DNA of 64,000 bases from Macrostomum lignano (Eukaryota): assembly GCA_002269645.1 (NCBI GenBank), contig NIVC01001348.1, positions 1 through 64,000 of the forward strand. Direction: 5' to 3'. The notes beneath the pieces were generated by a model. It was not told the origin of the DNA. It searched no databases and saw nothing but the letters and a program-made list of their open reading frames with translations. The number at the start of each line of letters is the position of its first letter. The stretch's first letter is position 1. The position numbers and the translations under genes were made by a program. Of the stretch, positions 37,243 to 49,700 are shown in pieces.

Positions 37243-40200
37243 ATGGCCGACGAAGAGAACCAGTGAGTCCTTTGAGGGGCTGTGAAATATGCAGTATCCG
37301 TATTAACCAACTATTTTACAGTTTAACCATGATCTAGTAATTGAATCTCAGTAGGAGGCTTTTGATATTGCGGTAATACTCCTCTGAGCATTTCTCAGTG
37401 GCTTAACGAAGCAACGCCTGAGCTACAAGACCAGCTGAGCAAATGATTAATAATGCTTTGGACTGGAGTAAAAGCTCTGGGGGGACATACCAATGCATTG
37501 TCCCCCCCACCCCATCTTGTGAGTCGTTGTGGTAATCAATAATTTTTCTTCAGGGCGCCAAAATATAGCGCCTTCGGCGCTAAAATGAGTGCCTGCGGCG
37601 CTAAAATGAATGCCTGCGGCGCTAAAATGAGTGCCTTCGGCGCTAAAATGAATGCCTGCGGCGCTAAAATGAGTGCCTGCGGCGCTAAAATGGGGCCAGA
37701 GACGCTAAAATGAGTGCCTTCGGCGCTAAAATGAGTGCCTGCGGCGCTAAAAAGAGTGCCTTCGGCGCTAAAATGAGTGCCTGCGGCGCTAAAATGAGTG
37801 CCTTCGGCGCTAAAATGAGTGCCTGCGGCGCTAAAATGAGTGCCTGCGGCGCTAAAATGAGTGCCTTCGGCGCTAAAATGAGTGCCTTCGGCGCTAAAAT
37901 GAGTGCCTTCGGCGCTAAAACGAGTGCCTGCGGCGCTAAAATGAGTACCTGCGGCGCTAAAAATGAGTGCCTGCGGCGCTAAAATGAGTGCCTTCGGCGC
38001 TAAAACGAGTGCCTGCGGCGCTAAAATGAGTGCCTGCGGCGCTAAAATGAGTACCTGCGGCGCTAAAAATGAGTGCCTGCGGCGCCAAAATGAGTGCCTG
38101 TGGCGCTAAAATGGGGCCAGAGACGCTAAAATGAGTGCCTGTGGAGCTAAAATGAGTGCCTTCGGCGCTAAAATGAGTGCCTGCGGCGCTAAAATGAGTG
38201 CCTTCGGCGCTAAAACGAGTGCCTGCGGCGCTAAAATGAGTGCCTTCGGCGCTAAAATGAGTGCCTGCGGCGCCAAAAGGAGTGCATACGCTGCCAAAAT
38301 TTAGTCATGTACATGTATATGTTGAATTCTTGGCTTTGTCCCCCCACCATAAAATCCATGACGACGCCCCTGCTGGACAATCAATTTCGGACAAGTTCGG
38401 GCGATAACGGAAGAGAACTCCAACAACTCCAACGTTTAACAATGCACGCCGACTCTACTATTAGTAGCTTGTAGGCGCATAAATTTCAAATCCGAAATGA
38501 CACAGCAGCAATGCCCTAAAACACACAATGACCGCGCAGAGAGCCGACAGTCGAGGAGGAGGCTGCGGCCCCTCCGGCCCAGCAGGAGGAGGAGGCCGAG
38601 GCAGCGCCACCTCCGCCGCCTCCGCCGCCGGCTGAGAAGCCGAAGCAGCTGCACCAGGGTGCCAGCTTTGCTGAGTAAGCCCCCCCCCCCCTCGGCCCAG
38701 CATCCCCGAGTATCCCTCATCCGCTGTGCAGAGTTGCTGCTTTCCTCTTGATTCTACAATATGAATAACAAACACAAATCAAATACATATCATAATTGCT
38801 TTCAGCTTTGGTTGCTTGCCTTGCGCTTCTAGTAGCTGGTAGTAATTGTTAGCTTCTGCAGCGTCAGCCATGGTAGCAGTAGTATTCAGTAGTATATCTG
38901 ATTGTGCATGCTGGCGGTCGGTGAATGGGAGGTAGGAGCTCTGCGTATTCGGACTGCGTGCCAAGCCAGCCACGAGGAGTCTGTATTGCTGCACCTGATG
39001 AAGCGTTCTGTAATCATCACTGAACGGCACTTTATTTCCAGAGACGAAAGCGGTCGTAACGAGGCGCAGATTCGGATGGAGGTGAGCAGATTTGGTTGCC
39101 AGGACAATGTTGGCCTTAGCGACTTTGTTTATTCTAATGAATTTATTACCTTATTGCCTTATTACCTTATTCCCCATCATTGCGCAGGAGGAGAAGAAGA
39201 AGCGCATGGCCAAGATGGAGGAGGAGATGAAGGAGTACGAGGAGATGCGCAAAGAGGAGCGGGAGAAGCTGGCACAGGAGATCTCGGAGCTCAGGTCCAA
39301 GCGGGTGAGTTGTTGCAGCCTTCTGACACAGTCACTCTGGTGCGCTTATCACTCCCGGTGTACTGTCATTTTGTCACTCTGGTGTGCTGTTATCTTGCCA
39401 CTCTGGTGTGCTGTTATCTTGTCACTCTGGTGTGCTGTTATCTTGCCACTCTGGTGTGCTATTATCTTGTCACTCTGGTGTGCTATTATCTTGCCACTCT
39501 GGTGTGCTATTATCTTTGTCATTCTAATGTACTGTTATCTTGCCACTCTGGTGTGCTGTTATCTTATCACCCTGGTGTGCTATTATCTTGTCACTCTAAT
39601 GTACTTTTATCTTGTCACTCTGGTATGCTATTATCTTGTCACTCTAATGTATTGTTATCTTGTCACTCTAGTATGCTGTTATCTCGTCACTCTGGTGTGC
39701 TATTATTTTGTCACTCTTGTGTGCTATTATCCTGTCACTCTGATTTATTGTCTCACAGTCACTCTGGTGTACTGTCACACTCAGTGCCCCGAGCGTATGC
39801 CACTATTTTACTCTCTTAGCACTATAACTAACAAACTGGCAATTAACCTGTCACCGAAACCGCCACCGCTGCCACCCGCCCGGCCTTCCGGTTTCCAGGA
39901 GCAGAGGAAGCAGGAGCGGGCCGAGGAGGAGAAGCGGCTGGCTGAGCTGCGCGCCGTCGAAGAGCAGAAGCGACGCGCCGAAGAGGTTTGGAATTGCCAT
40001 TATTTAAACATTGGAGTTCCCATTATACTACTGATTGTCGCCTAGATTAGTAGCCTGCTAAGTATATGAGCTCTCTTTGTCGATAATTTTCGAACGCAAT
40101 TTTTCTGCCGCTGTCTCTGCAGGAGGAGCGACAGCGCCGCAAGCGCGAGGAGGAGGCCAAACGAAAGGAGGAGCGGGAGAAGAAGAAGAAGGAGGCTGAG

Positions 40201-43200
40201 GAGCGGATGAAGAGTCAGAGCCAGCGCAATTTCACAATCAGCAAGAAGTCTGGCGGCGAGGTGAGCGGAGGTTGCTTAAGCTGATTGCTTAAACTTGCAC
40301 TCCGTGACCCTGGTCAGCGATATCCTGTTTTAGAGCAGCTTCTCACGCAATTCGATTTAGATTATTCTAGTTTTAATTTTTAATCTGAATAATTTCTTCC
40401 CAACTCATTGCCAAGGACTACTCAAGTCCTTGAGTACGTTTCTTGGAAAATTTTAAAAGACAGGTTTCACCAAAAAACGTACAATCGTACATGCCCCGTG
40501 CCTAAAATCATAAGAATGGCAAAAACTCTCTCGACTTATTGGTTTTATGAATCTGTTTTATGAATTTTTGTTTAAATGACTGTGAAACAATATGTGTAAC
40601 AGAATGATAAAATAGATTCATAGAACCAATAAGTCGAGAGAGTTGTTGCCATTCTTATGATTGTTAGGCACAGGATATAAAATTAACACAGAATTATATA
40701 TTTTAATGAGAAGCTTTATGAACATCAATAGAGCTATAAGAAGGGCAAGACACATCAAAAGAAGAACATTGGGTCTGCCTTCTATCAGAAGCAATAACAA
40801 CAGAGCCAGAAGCTGAAAACATGAAAACCTTCTATCTCGGCATTGTTTTTCAAGAGGTTTTCCAAGAAACGTTGTTTCCCATCTTTCTACTTGAGCAGTC
40901 CTTGCTAATTGCATTAAAATTAGTAGTAGTTTTTGTAATTGACCACCTGTACACCAAAAGCCATCATTCAAAGCCTGTTCACTATGTTGAATTCATATGA
41001 AAAAGTCGAATTCATAAAAGACCAAACACATTCTTAATTACCAAATTGTAGGCTGACGCCAAGAAGCAGGTAAAAATTAACGGGAAAGCAAATCGATTCC
41101 CGGTGGAAATTTGACCCTCCTCTAGGAGCCAAGAGTTTCAAATGCGTTAGTCAAGGGTGCACGCTCCGTACTAAGCCATCAATGTATAAAATGCACGATC
41201 GCGGGAGGTGGCACTAACGAACTGTTTCCCAAGTTGTTAAACACGGACCGGGCATTCGCCAGTTATTACTATAAGTAGAAGCCTTAGCAACTATTCGGTA
41301 ACAAGTTGGCCGCATCTTTAGTCGAAATTTATTGCGCATCGAAAACCAACTATTCACCTTGCATTTGCTCTCAGTCCTTGACCTGAATTGAATGACCACG
41401 CAAACCCAATATTGGATCATTTTTAATGCGTACATCTGGGCGATGCATGTATTTTTTAATACCAGTGGAATTCATAGAAATTATCGATCGATAGAGACTG
41501 TATGCTGGCCTTGGCTAGGCGGAGTGAGGTGGCTGCATGGTCAGGGAAAGGGGTAGAGTAAATAAGGGTAGAATGCCACTGTACAATGGAAGGCGCAATG
41601 TACATTTACAAGAGCTCAACCAATCAGAATCGCCTTTTGTTAATTTTTTAATTAACCGCAGGCTGGAGCCTCCGGCGCGGACGAAGCCAAGCAGGGCAAG
41701 TCCAAGGAGCAGCTGGAGGCCGAGAAGAAGGCCGCTCTGGAGCAGCGGGTTCAGCCGCTGAATATTGACGGATTCAGCGAGTCTCAGCTGCAGGAGAAGG
41801 CCAAGGAGCTGTTCTCTAAGATCTACTCGCTCGAGGGAGACAAATATGATCTTGAGCAGCGGTTCAAGGGGCAGAATATGGAGGTGCGGTTTTATATGCG
41901 TGTTTTTGACTTATATAGTTTGAACAGTTTCCAGTTTGAGTAGTTTGCAGTTAGAGTAGTTTGCAGTTCGAGTAGTTTGCAGTTCGAGTAGTTTCCAGGT
42001 CGAGTAGTTTCCAGGTCGAGTAGTTTCCAGTTCGAGTAGTTTGCAGTTCAAGTAGTTTGCAGTTCGAGTAGTTTGCAGTTCGAGTAGTTTACAGTTTGAA
42101 CAGTTCGTAGTTCAAGTACTCGAAGTTTCTCATCAAAGTTGCAAATACGATTCGAATTTCAGATGGTCGAGCTCACAGAGCGCGCTCGTCAGATGCAGAA
42201 GGGGTGCGTGTGCATTGTTTTGAAGGATTTCTATCAGGAAGTCGTTAACAAAACAGCTTTGTAATAAAAATCGATTAAAACACTCAAATCTTCCTTTTAA
42301 ATTCTCAGAGGCCAGAAGGGATCCAGCAGCAAGGTTCAGACTGCTCCGTAAGTCGAAACTGCCGCTAATATTTCGTAAAAAAACAACAGAGTAAAGATAA
42401 ACCCAATAAATTATCTTTGTTTTGCATTGTCATTTTTAGTGACCCGCTGTCCGAGAAACTTGGCAGCATCCCGGTAAGCAAAGCAAGGCTCCGACTTTTA
42501 ATTATCTGTTCCATTCGGCCACTCCCCGTGCTCTTCCGCTTCTTTCCGCTCCGCTTCTTTCTGTTCCGCTTCTTTCTGTTCCGCTTCTTTCTGTTCCGCT
42601 TCTTTCTTTTTCGCTTCTTTCTGTTCCGCTTCTTTCTGTTCCATTCCGCTTCTTTCTTTTTCGCTTCTTTCTGTTCCACTTCTTTCTGTTCCGCTTCTTT
42701 CTGTTCCGTTCCGCTTCTTTCTTTTTCGCTTCTTTCTGTTCCGCTTCTTTCTGTTCCGCTTCTTTCTGTTCCGCTTCTTTCTGTTCCGCTTCTTTCTGTT
42801 CCGCTTCTTTCTGTTCCGCTTCTTTCTGTTCCGCTTCTTTCTGTTCCGCTTCTTTCTGTTCCATTCCGCTTCTTTTTTTCGCTTCTTTCTGTTTCGCTTC
42901 TTTTTTTCGCTTCTTTCTGTTCCGCTTCTTTCTGTTCCGCTTCTTTCTGTTCCGCTTCTTTCTGTTCCGCTTCTTTCTGTTCCGCTTCTTTCTGTTCCGC
43001 TTCTTTCTGTTCCGCTTCTTTCTGTTCCGCTTCTTTCTGTTCCGCTTCTTTCTGTTCCGCTTCTTTCTGTTCCGCTTCTTTCTGTTCCGCTTCTTTCTGT
43101 TCCATTCCGCTTCTTTTTTTCGCTTCTTTCTGTTTCGCTTCTTTTTTTCGCTTCTTTCTGTTCCGCTTCTTTCTGTTCCGTTCCGCTTCTTTCTGTTCCG

Positions 43201-43542
43201 CTTCTTTCTGTTCCGCTTCGTTCCGCTTCGTTCCGCTTCGTTCCGCTTCGTTCCGCTTCGTTCCGCTTCGTTCCGCTTCGTTCCGCTTCGTTCCGTTCTC
43301 CATGAGAAGCTCCGCGCCGCCCGCAGCCGAAGATCGTGATGTACAGCCAGTACGAGCGAGTCAAAGACCACCGCGGCTTCGGCGAGCGTCAGGATCTGTT
43401 CAAAGGCCCGATCTACGGCATCGAGTACGAGCGGATCAAGCCCAGCTCGAAGGTCATCCTGACTGAGAGCGGGCCGAGGGCCGTCGAGATCACCGAGAAC
43501 GGTGACGAGCCAGCGCCAGCCGCCGTTGAGGCAGCCGAGTGA
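37243..43542 (+). CDS. TnT: Troponin T (invertebrate type), 12 coding exons, 368 aa
   Basis: Exons 37243-37262, 38540-38674, 39042-39081, 39188-39304, 39899-39985, 40123-40260, 41052-41069, 41662-41883, 42163-42203, 42309-42347, 42440-42473, 43327-43542; total 1107 nt in frame. Acidic N-terminus MADEENQEPTVEEE, E/K/R coiled coil, RNFTISKK, KSKEQLEAEKKAALEQRVQPLNIDG, KAKELFSKIYSLEGDKYDLEQR, PPKIVMYSQYERVKDHRGFGERQDLF. The 18-nt exon is the least certain. Confidence 0.92.
37555..38300. repeat. 21-bp minisatellite (CTAAAATGAGTGCCTGCGGCG)n in troponin T intron 1
   Basis: About 35 units; related to 8005-8835; right flank ends ...GACGACGCCCCTG, which looks like a TIR. Confidence 0.95.
39325..39785. 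repeat. 24-bp minisatellite (GTCACTCTGGTGTGCTATTATCTT)n in a troponin T intron
   Basis: About 19 units starting about 20 nt after the donor at 39305. Confidence 0.92.
41925..42110. repeat. 16-bp tandem repeat (AGTAGTTTGCAGTTCG)n in a troponin T intron
   Basis: About 11 units. Confidence 0.9.
42535..43295. repeat. 15-bp (TTCCGCTTCTTTCTG)n grading to 10-bp (TTCCGCTTCG)n in the last troponin T intron
   Basis: Direct reading; source of several spurious 290-350 aa ORFs. Confidence 0.95.
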
Positions 43543-44046
43543 AGCTGAAAGCAACGGCAGACTTTAATAATTTTGTTAATCCCCATCTCTAATCGCCTCT
43601 AAACGGACTGGAGGCTCATTTTTTCGCTAAATGTTCAGTCCTTCTTCTTCATTGGCCTCCGCCACCCCCCCCTTCAAGCCCGCCGTCGGCCTTCGATTTC
43701 GTTGTGTGTGTGTTTTTTATGCTAGAAACATTTTCAATCACTCGAGCCATCTAGCCAGAACCGGGCATCTTTGAAATTATTCAGCCAACTCTCCGCTTAA
43801 GTCTGCGAGTAGCAATGTCCAACTCTTCACTTTTAAATCGGAAAAGTGAGCATCGTTAGCAACTATGTTATTAAAGTAGCATTCTTACTGCTTATTTAAC
43901 CTTCTATTCAAACGATATTTCTCAAGCCTTGGCAACTGTGCTAGTAGCAGCTTCATCAGCGCATTAAATCTATAACTAATAATTATAACAAATTTCCCGC
44001 TTGTGCCTCCCCGCTTTTCTCTCGCACCGCTTTTTTTAACATAATT

Positions 44047-44052
44047 AATAAA
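44047..44052 (+). other. Putative polyadenylation signal of troponin T
   Basis: AATAAA about 500 nt after the stop, at the end of a UTR-like stretch. Confidence 0.45.
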
Positions 44053-44761
44053 AGTCATAAATTTTTTGACTGTCTGTTTCTTTCTACCACTGGAAATGTA
44101 CTCAGAAGAATGTCAGTCAAAAATGCACCAGCCGCCTCAGTATTAAAGTGTTCAAATAATTCATATCTGCTTATGTACTCGTATATTCGTACATGTCAAT
44201 TTTGCACCATTCACCCGATCACAATTTCAACCCCTTTGGAATACGACAGAAACTCATTAGCGCTTCCAAAAGCAATAAAAAAGCACACAGTTTTTCTTAG
44301 CCAACTGTCCCAAGTCTCCGACTGAGAAAAATACATTTTTTATTAGAATCTGGAGTACAAAAAGCACTCCTTTGACCAATAAAAATTGCTTTTTTTACAA
44401 TTCACGAACTGGTTCTGAAAATCGTACTTAAATGGGAATGTTTAACTATTTGTTTCGTTTTTGCGTTCTTGTTTATTAAGAAATTGACAGGCAAGGCTGG
44501 TGCGTAAAAAGTTAAAGTTTTATGCAAACTGAAATTGTTAGTTTATTTTGAATTTCCTTATAAAGTCAGCTTTAAAGTTGTTACAGAATTGTATTGCGTT
44601 ATGATTAACATTGTGCCGAAAAGCGAACATGGCTGTACAGAAATCAATGCCAAACTTCGGTACACACTACTGCAAGTAGGAAGGGGAAAGTGTGTAAGTC
44701 TTGTGGCCGTGGGAGACTTTGGTGCAACAGAAATCTGCTGCATGAGTTGCTGAAGAGCGTC

Positions 44762-45148
44762 TAGCTGAGTGTGTAGCTGAGTGTGTAGCTGAGTGTGTAG
44801 CTGAGTGTGTAGCTGAGTGTGTAGCTGAGTGTGTAGCTGAGTGTGTAGCTGAGTGTGTAGCTGAGTGTGTAGCTGAGTGTGTAGCTGAGTGTGTAGCTGA
44901 GTGTGTAGCTGAGTGTGTAGCTGAGTGTGTAGCTGCGTGTGTCTACAGCTGAGTGTGTCTACAGCTGAGTGTGTAGCTGAGTGTGTAGCTGAGTGTGTAG
45001 CTGAGTGTGTAGCTGAGTGTGTAGCTGAGTGTGTAGCTGAGTGTGTAGCTGAGTGTGTAGCTGAGTGTGTAGCTGAGTGTGTAGCTGAGTGTGTAGCTGA
45101 GTGTGTAGCTGAGTGTGTAGCTGAGTGTGTAGCTGAGTGTGTAGCTGA
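44762..45148. repeat. 12-bp repeat (AGCTGAGTGTGT)n between the convergent troponin T and pseudokinase 3' ends
   Basis: About 32 units. Confidence 0.95.
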
Positions 45149-45306
45149 GGTTATAACACGCTCTAGCTGTGTGTGGGAGTTTCTCCCTCAAATCTATCTG
45201 ACGCTTAAATCAAGCTGATTAGGAAAATGGTCATAACCATTTATGGAAATGTTAGCGTGCTGCAGAAGGTTGTGAGGCCAAGTGTAATAAATACTGAGCC
45301 GAGAAC

Positions 45307-46745
45307 TTAAGCATCCGAATGCGGTCTGAGCTGCTGCTGCAGCTGTTGCCGGTGCTCTTGAAAAAACTGTCTGTACTGAAGAGGCTGTTGCTGCTGATGA
45401 GGTGCTGATGAGGTAGTTGTTGGCGGTGGCGGCGGTGCAAACCTAACGGGCCTGGGCGGCCTCAGCTGCTGCTGCGGCAAACTCGAAGCCACTGCCGTGT
45501 GCCCGGCGCCCCACCGGGCAAAGCTGAATCCGCTCTCAGACTGTCCCAGGCCGATGCCGCTGTCGTGCGAACCAATCGGCTCGGCCTGCTGTTGCTGCTG
45601 CTGCTGCGGAGGCGGCGGCGGAGGCAGCGGCAGAGGAAGCTGTTGATGCGGCTGCTGGACAAGCAGCTGTTCGAAGTTCGCTCGCGCCGTCGCCAGCTGC
45701 TCAGCTGATTCCGTCGCTTGGCGCCGACGCAGCGCCGCCTCCTGGCGCCAGCGGCGCGCCTCGGCCTCAGCGTCGGCCAGGCGGAGCTCGCAGGCCTCCA
45801 GGCGGAGCCGCAGCTGCTGACCGGCCAGCCGCTCGGACTGATAGCGGGCCCGCAGCTGACGAGCCTGGCTGAGGAGCCGCTCGTACCGCCCGTCTCCGCC
45901 GCCACCGCCGCCGCCGCCGCTGCCGCCGCAAAAGTCGCCATAGTCGTCATCGAAGCCGTTGCTGCCGGTGAGCTGCGAGTTCATCGAGGTCATAGAATCT
46001 GCGCCGGGGGTGTACTCCAGAACCTGCGTGCAGAGGAAGACAGGCATTGATCCCTCTCCCCTCAGATGGGTAAATAAATGTTCGCAGAAGGGCCGCGGGC
46101 ATCCTGGAGCAACCCTTTCAACGACATCGTATGAATACCACAGCCAGCGCTGAAGGCAACTCTGAAGACAGCCCTGACTTTCTAATCGTTAGGCATGTAC
46201 ACTCTCTGTGATTTTGAGGTTGGCGCCCTGATGGCTGTGAATCGCAAGAAAACCCCCAGGCCAAGTTTAGTGCAAAAGCTATAAGATTAGATGCGTCCGC
46301 GCACGGATTCGAACCCTTGGCTCCCCGCGGAGACTGAGTTATTGCCTTGAAAAGCTAAGGATCCCCGAGAATGCATGTAGGATTCAATAAATCCAACGAA
46401 AAAATAAAAAACTGAGTTCTTGAAAACTGCGATCTCCAGGTTCCGTTACCCGGATAGAAAGTCGCAAAAGCAAAAGACAAATTACTTGGCACCTGGCTAA
46501 AATTCGAACCCCCACCTGGCCCAGTCGACCCGTTCGCCCGTACGACAATCCGGGCGAAGTCAGCCGGGCAGGCAGCTGGGCGCCGACAATTTCGTGGTCG
46601 CTCTGTGATCTCGGCATCATTGACATTCCGCCCGCCACCGCTGATGCAGCCGCAGGCGCCGCCGCCGACGCCACTGGCGACATTCCGGCAGTCGGCGTCG
46701 GAGTCGCTGACGGAGACAGAGTTGCGGAGGCTTCGACGTTGCCCG

Positions 46746-46776
<31 letters not shown>

Positions 46777-49700
46777 GCCGCTGCGAGAGCCTCGCCAGAA
46801 CAGATGCCGCAAGCCACCGCCGCCGCGTCGCTTCGATGTCTCCGACGTCGACGCTGCTGGGTTAGTTGACGACGCTGACGCTGCCGACTCGCTTTGATGT
46901 CCGGCAACGGCGTCGACTGTCTGCGAGCGCGGCAGGTTGGTCGATTTCCACTTCTTGGAGCGGAAAAACAGACGCCGCTTTTTGTCCTTCGGCTTGGCCG
47001 CCTCGCCCGCCGAGGCTGCGCCTGCGGCTGCCGACGCCGAGAGCCCCGCCGATGCGTTGCGGCTGCCGATGCTGTCCGCTGAGGAGCAGGTCGGCAGCTG
47101 GTTCGACGACGGACTGGGCGACGGCAGGCCGGAGCTGCTGAATGGCGCGCCAAGACTGCTGTAGGTTGTTGCCGGGCCTGAAGGTGAGGGAGAGCACCGG
47201 GTGTGTCTGTCCCGATGTGTCTGTCCCGATGTGTCTGTCCCGATGTGTCTGTCCCGATGTGTCTGTCCCGATGTGTCTGTCCCGATGTGTCTGTCCCGAT
47301 GTGTCTGTCCCGATGTGTCTGTCCCGATGTGTCTGTCCCGATGTGTCTGTCCCGATGTGTCTGTCCCGATGTGTCTGTCCCGATGTGTCTGTCCCGATGT
47401 GTCTGTCCCGATGTGTCTGTCCCGATGTGTCTGTCCCGATGTGTCTGTCCCGATGTGTCTGTCCCGATGTGTCTGTCCCGATGTGTCTGTCCCGATGTGT
47501 CTGTCCCGATGTGTCTGTCCCGATGTGTCTGTCCCGATGTGTCTGTCCCGATGTGTCTGTCCCGATGTGTCTGTCCCGATGTGTCTGTCCCGATGTGTCT
47601 GTCCCGATGTGTCTGTCCCGATGTGTCTGTCCCGATGTGTCTGTCCCGATGTGTCTGTCCCGATGTGTCTGTCCCGATGTGTCTGTCCCGATGTGTCTGT
47701 CCCGATGTGTCTGTCCCGATGTGTCTGTCCCGATGTGTCTGTCCCGATGTGTCTGTCCCGATGTGTCTGTCCCGATGTGTCTGTCCCGATGTGTCTGTCC
47801 CGATGTGTCTGTCCCGATGTGTCTGTCCCGATGTGTCTGTCCCGATGTGTCTGTCCCGATGTGTCTGTCCCGATGTGTCTGTCCCGATGTGTCTGTCCCG
47901 ATGTGTCTGTCCCGATGTGTCTGTCCCGATGTGTCTGTCCCGATGTGTCTGTCCCGATGTGTCTGTCCCGATGTGTCTGTCCCGATGTGTCTGTCCCGAT
48001 GTGTCTGTCCCGATGTGTCTGTCCCGATGTGTCTGTCCCGATGTGTCTGTCCCGATGTGTCTGTCCCGATGTGTCTGTCCCAATGTGTCTGTCCCGATGT
48101 GTCTGTCCCGATGTGTCTGTCCCGATGTGTCTGTCCCAATGTGTCTGTCCCGATGTGTCTTTTTTCAATGTGTCTAACTGTCTGTCCCAGTTCGTCCGCC
48201 CTGATGTGTCTTTTTGTTGTGTCTGACCCAATGTGTCTGTCCTGATGTGTCTGTCTGTAGGTGGCTGTTCTCGATGTGTATTTCTCAATGTGTCTGTCCC
48301 GATGTGTCTTTCTCGATGTGTTCACCCTAATGTGTCTTTCTTGGTCTGTCTGTCCCGATGTGTCTTATCCGATGTGTCTGATCCGATGTGTCTTTACATG
48401 TGAATTAGTTATATATTTTAATTCCTCGTCCTGTTTATTTGCAACACTTGCTACTCACATCCAGTGTGGTCAGTAGTACAGATCAGCTTCTAGGTACCCA
48501 AACTGACTCACCATATTTGTCTCCGTAGAGGCGGCTGCGCAGGTCCATCAGGCTGCGCAGCTGCTTGCACAGCTCGCTGGCCGAGATGCGCAGCTGGGGC
48601 ACCTGAAGTTTTGGGGGAACGGGCGGTGGAGACTGCTATCGCTGGCCGGCTTTCACTTTTTTTCAAGTCCCTGAGTTCGAGTCCGCCGCGCGGCCACACT
48701 GATCTGAGGCTCGAGCACCACTCTGTTGTATTCTATATTTTTGTGTATTCATTTCATCAAAATTCACCTGTGTGAGTATTGACAACTTTGGCTTATGAAA
48801 TAAATAGAAATGAATGTGAAAAAGCAACTTTCACTACAAAACTACACGAAATACAAAAATAGAATGGTTATCTTCACTAGGCCCCAGATCGAATGCAATC
48901 ATTGATTTTGTGATTTCAAGGGGACTTTTTATTATCTCAGCAGTGTATTTTTTCAGGAAATTCGCCCCCTAAGAACTAAACTATCCTTGAGTTTTGCGAC
49001 CTGTTATGCTACAATGGTCCTTGGTCGAACTGTTTCCTTAAATGTTCTCCCCCTTAGTGGCATTTTAAGTCAGTCTCCAGTCCAGATGCTTTACTGAGTC
49101 CCTGGCTTGGGGATAACTGCTCTAGCTACTCAACACTAATTATGAGCCTCACCTCGTACAGGCAGGACCGCACCAGGTGTTCCAGCGAGCCGGCCAGCTC
49201 CCTGGGCAGCAGGCCGCAGCCCAGGCTGAGACCTTCCTCAGCCAGCAGGTCCCGGCGCCGCTGCCTGCCGCCGCTGCCGCCGCCGCCGATGGTGAAGGCC
49301 GACCAGAGCAGCAGGCCGAACGCCCAGATGTCGGCCGCGGAAGTCGCCACCGAGGCCGACGCCGCGTCGGCCGCCGCCGACTCCGGGCAGGCCGGACTCA
49401 CCCGGCAGCAGCGGCGCCACAGCAACTGCACCTGAGGCGGCGGCTCGGAGGACTCAAATCTGGCGAATAACAGGCCGCCCAGCTTCACTGTGAACCGGTC
49501 TGTGCGCTCCATCAGGCAGTTCTCCAGCGTCTGGGAGGAAGGTAAAATACTCTAGCGAGATTTTTTAATACACCTGCCCCAATGGCTAGATGTTCAACCG
49601 ACAGCTCAGCCGCAGCTATTGCGCGGCGCATTTGAAGGCTGCGTACGGCTGTTCAGTCCAAGGACTGGGGGGAGGGGGGGGGTCGCCACACACCCTCAGT

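Noticed and set aside
42365-43554. Charged KEAEQ/RNRKK ORFs antisense to troponin T
   Set aside because: 15-bp intronic repeat; looks coiled-coil-like only by composition.
46290-46340. tRNA gene on - strand (GGGTTCGAATCC)
   Set aside because: Only a B-box/T-arm-like half; no cloverleaf or A box; at most a SINE/tRNA relic.
46384-48325. 634, 488, 487, 367, 341 and 324 aa ORFs
   Set aside because: Translation of the 14-bp intronic satellite; only 46516-47177 on - is a real exon.
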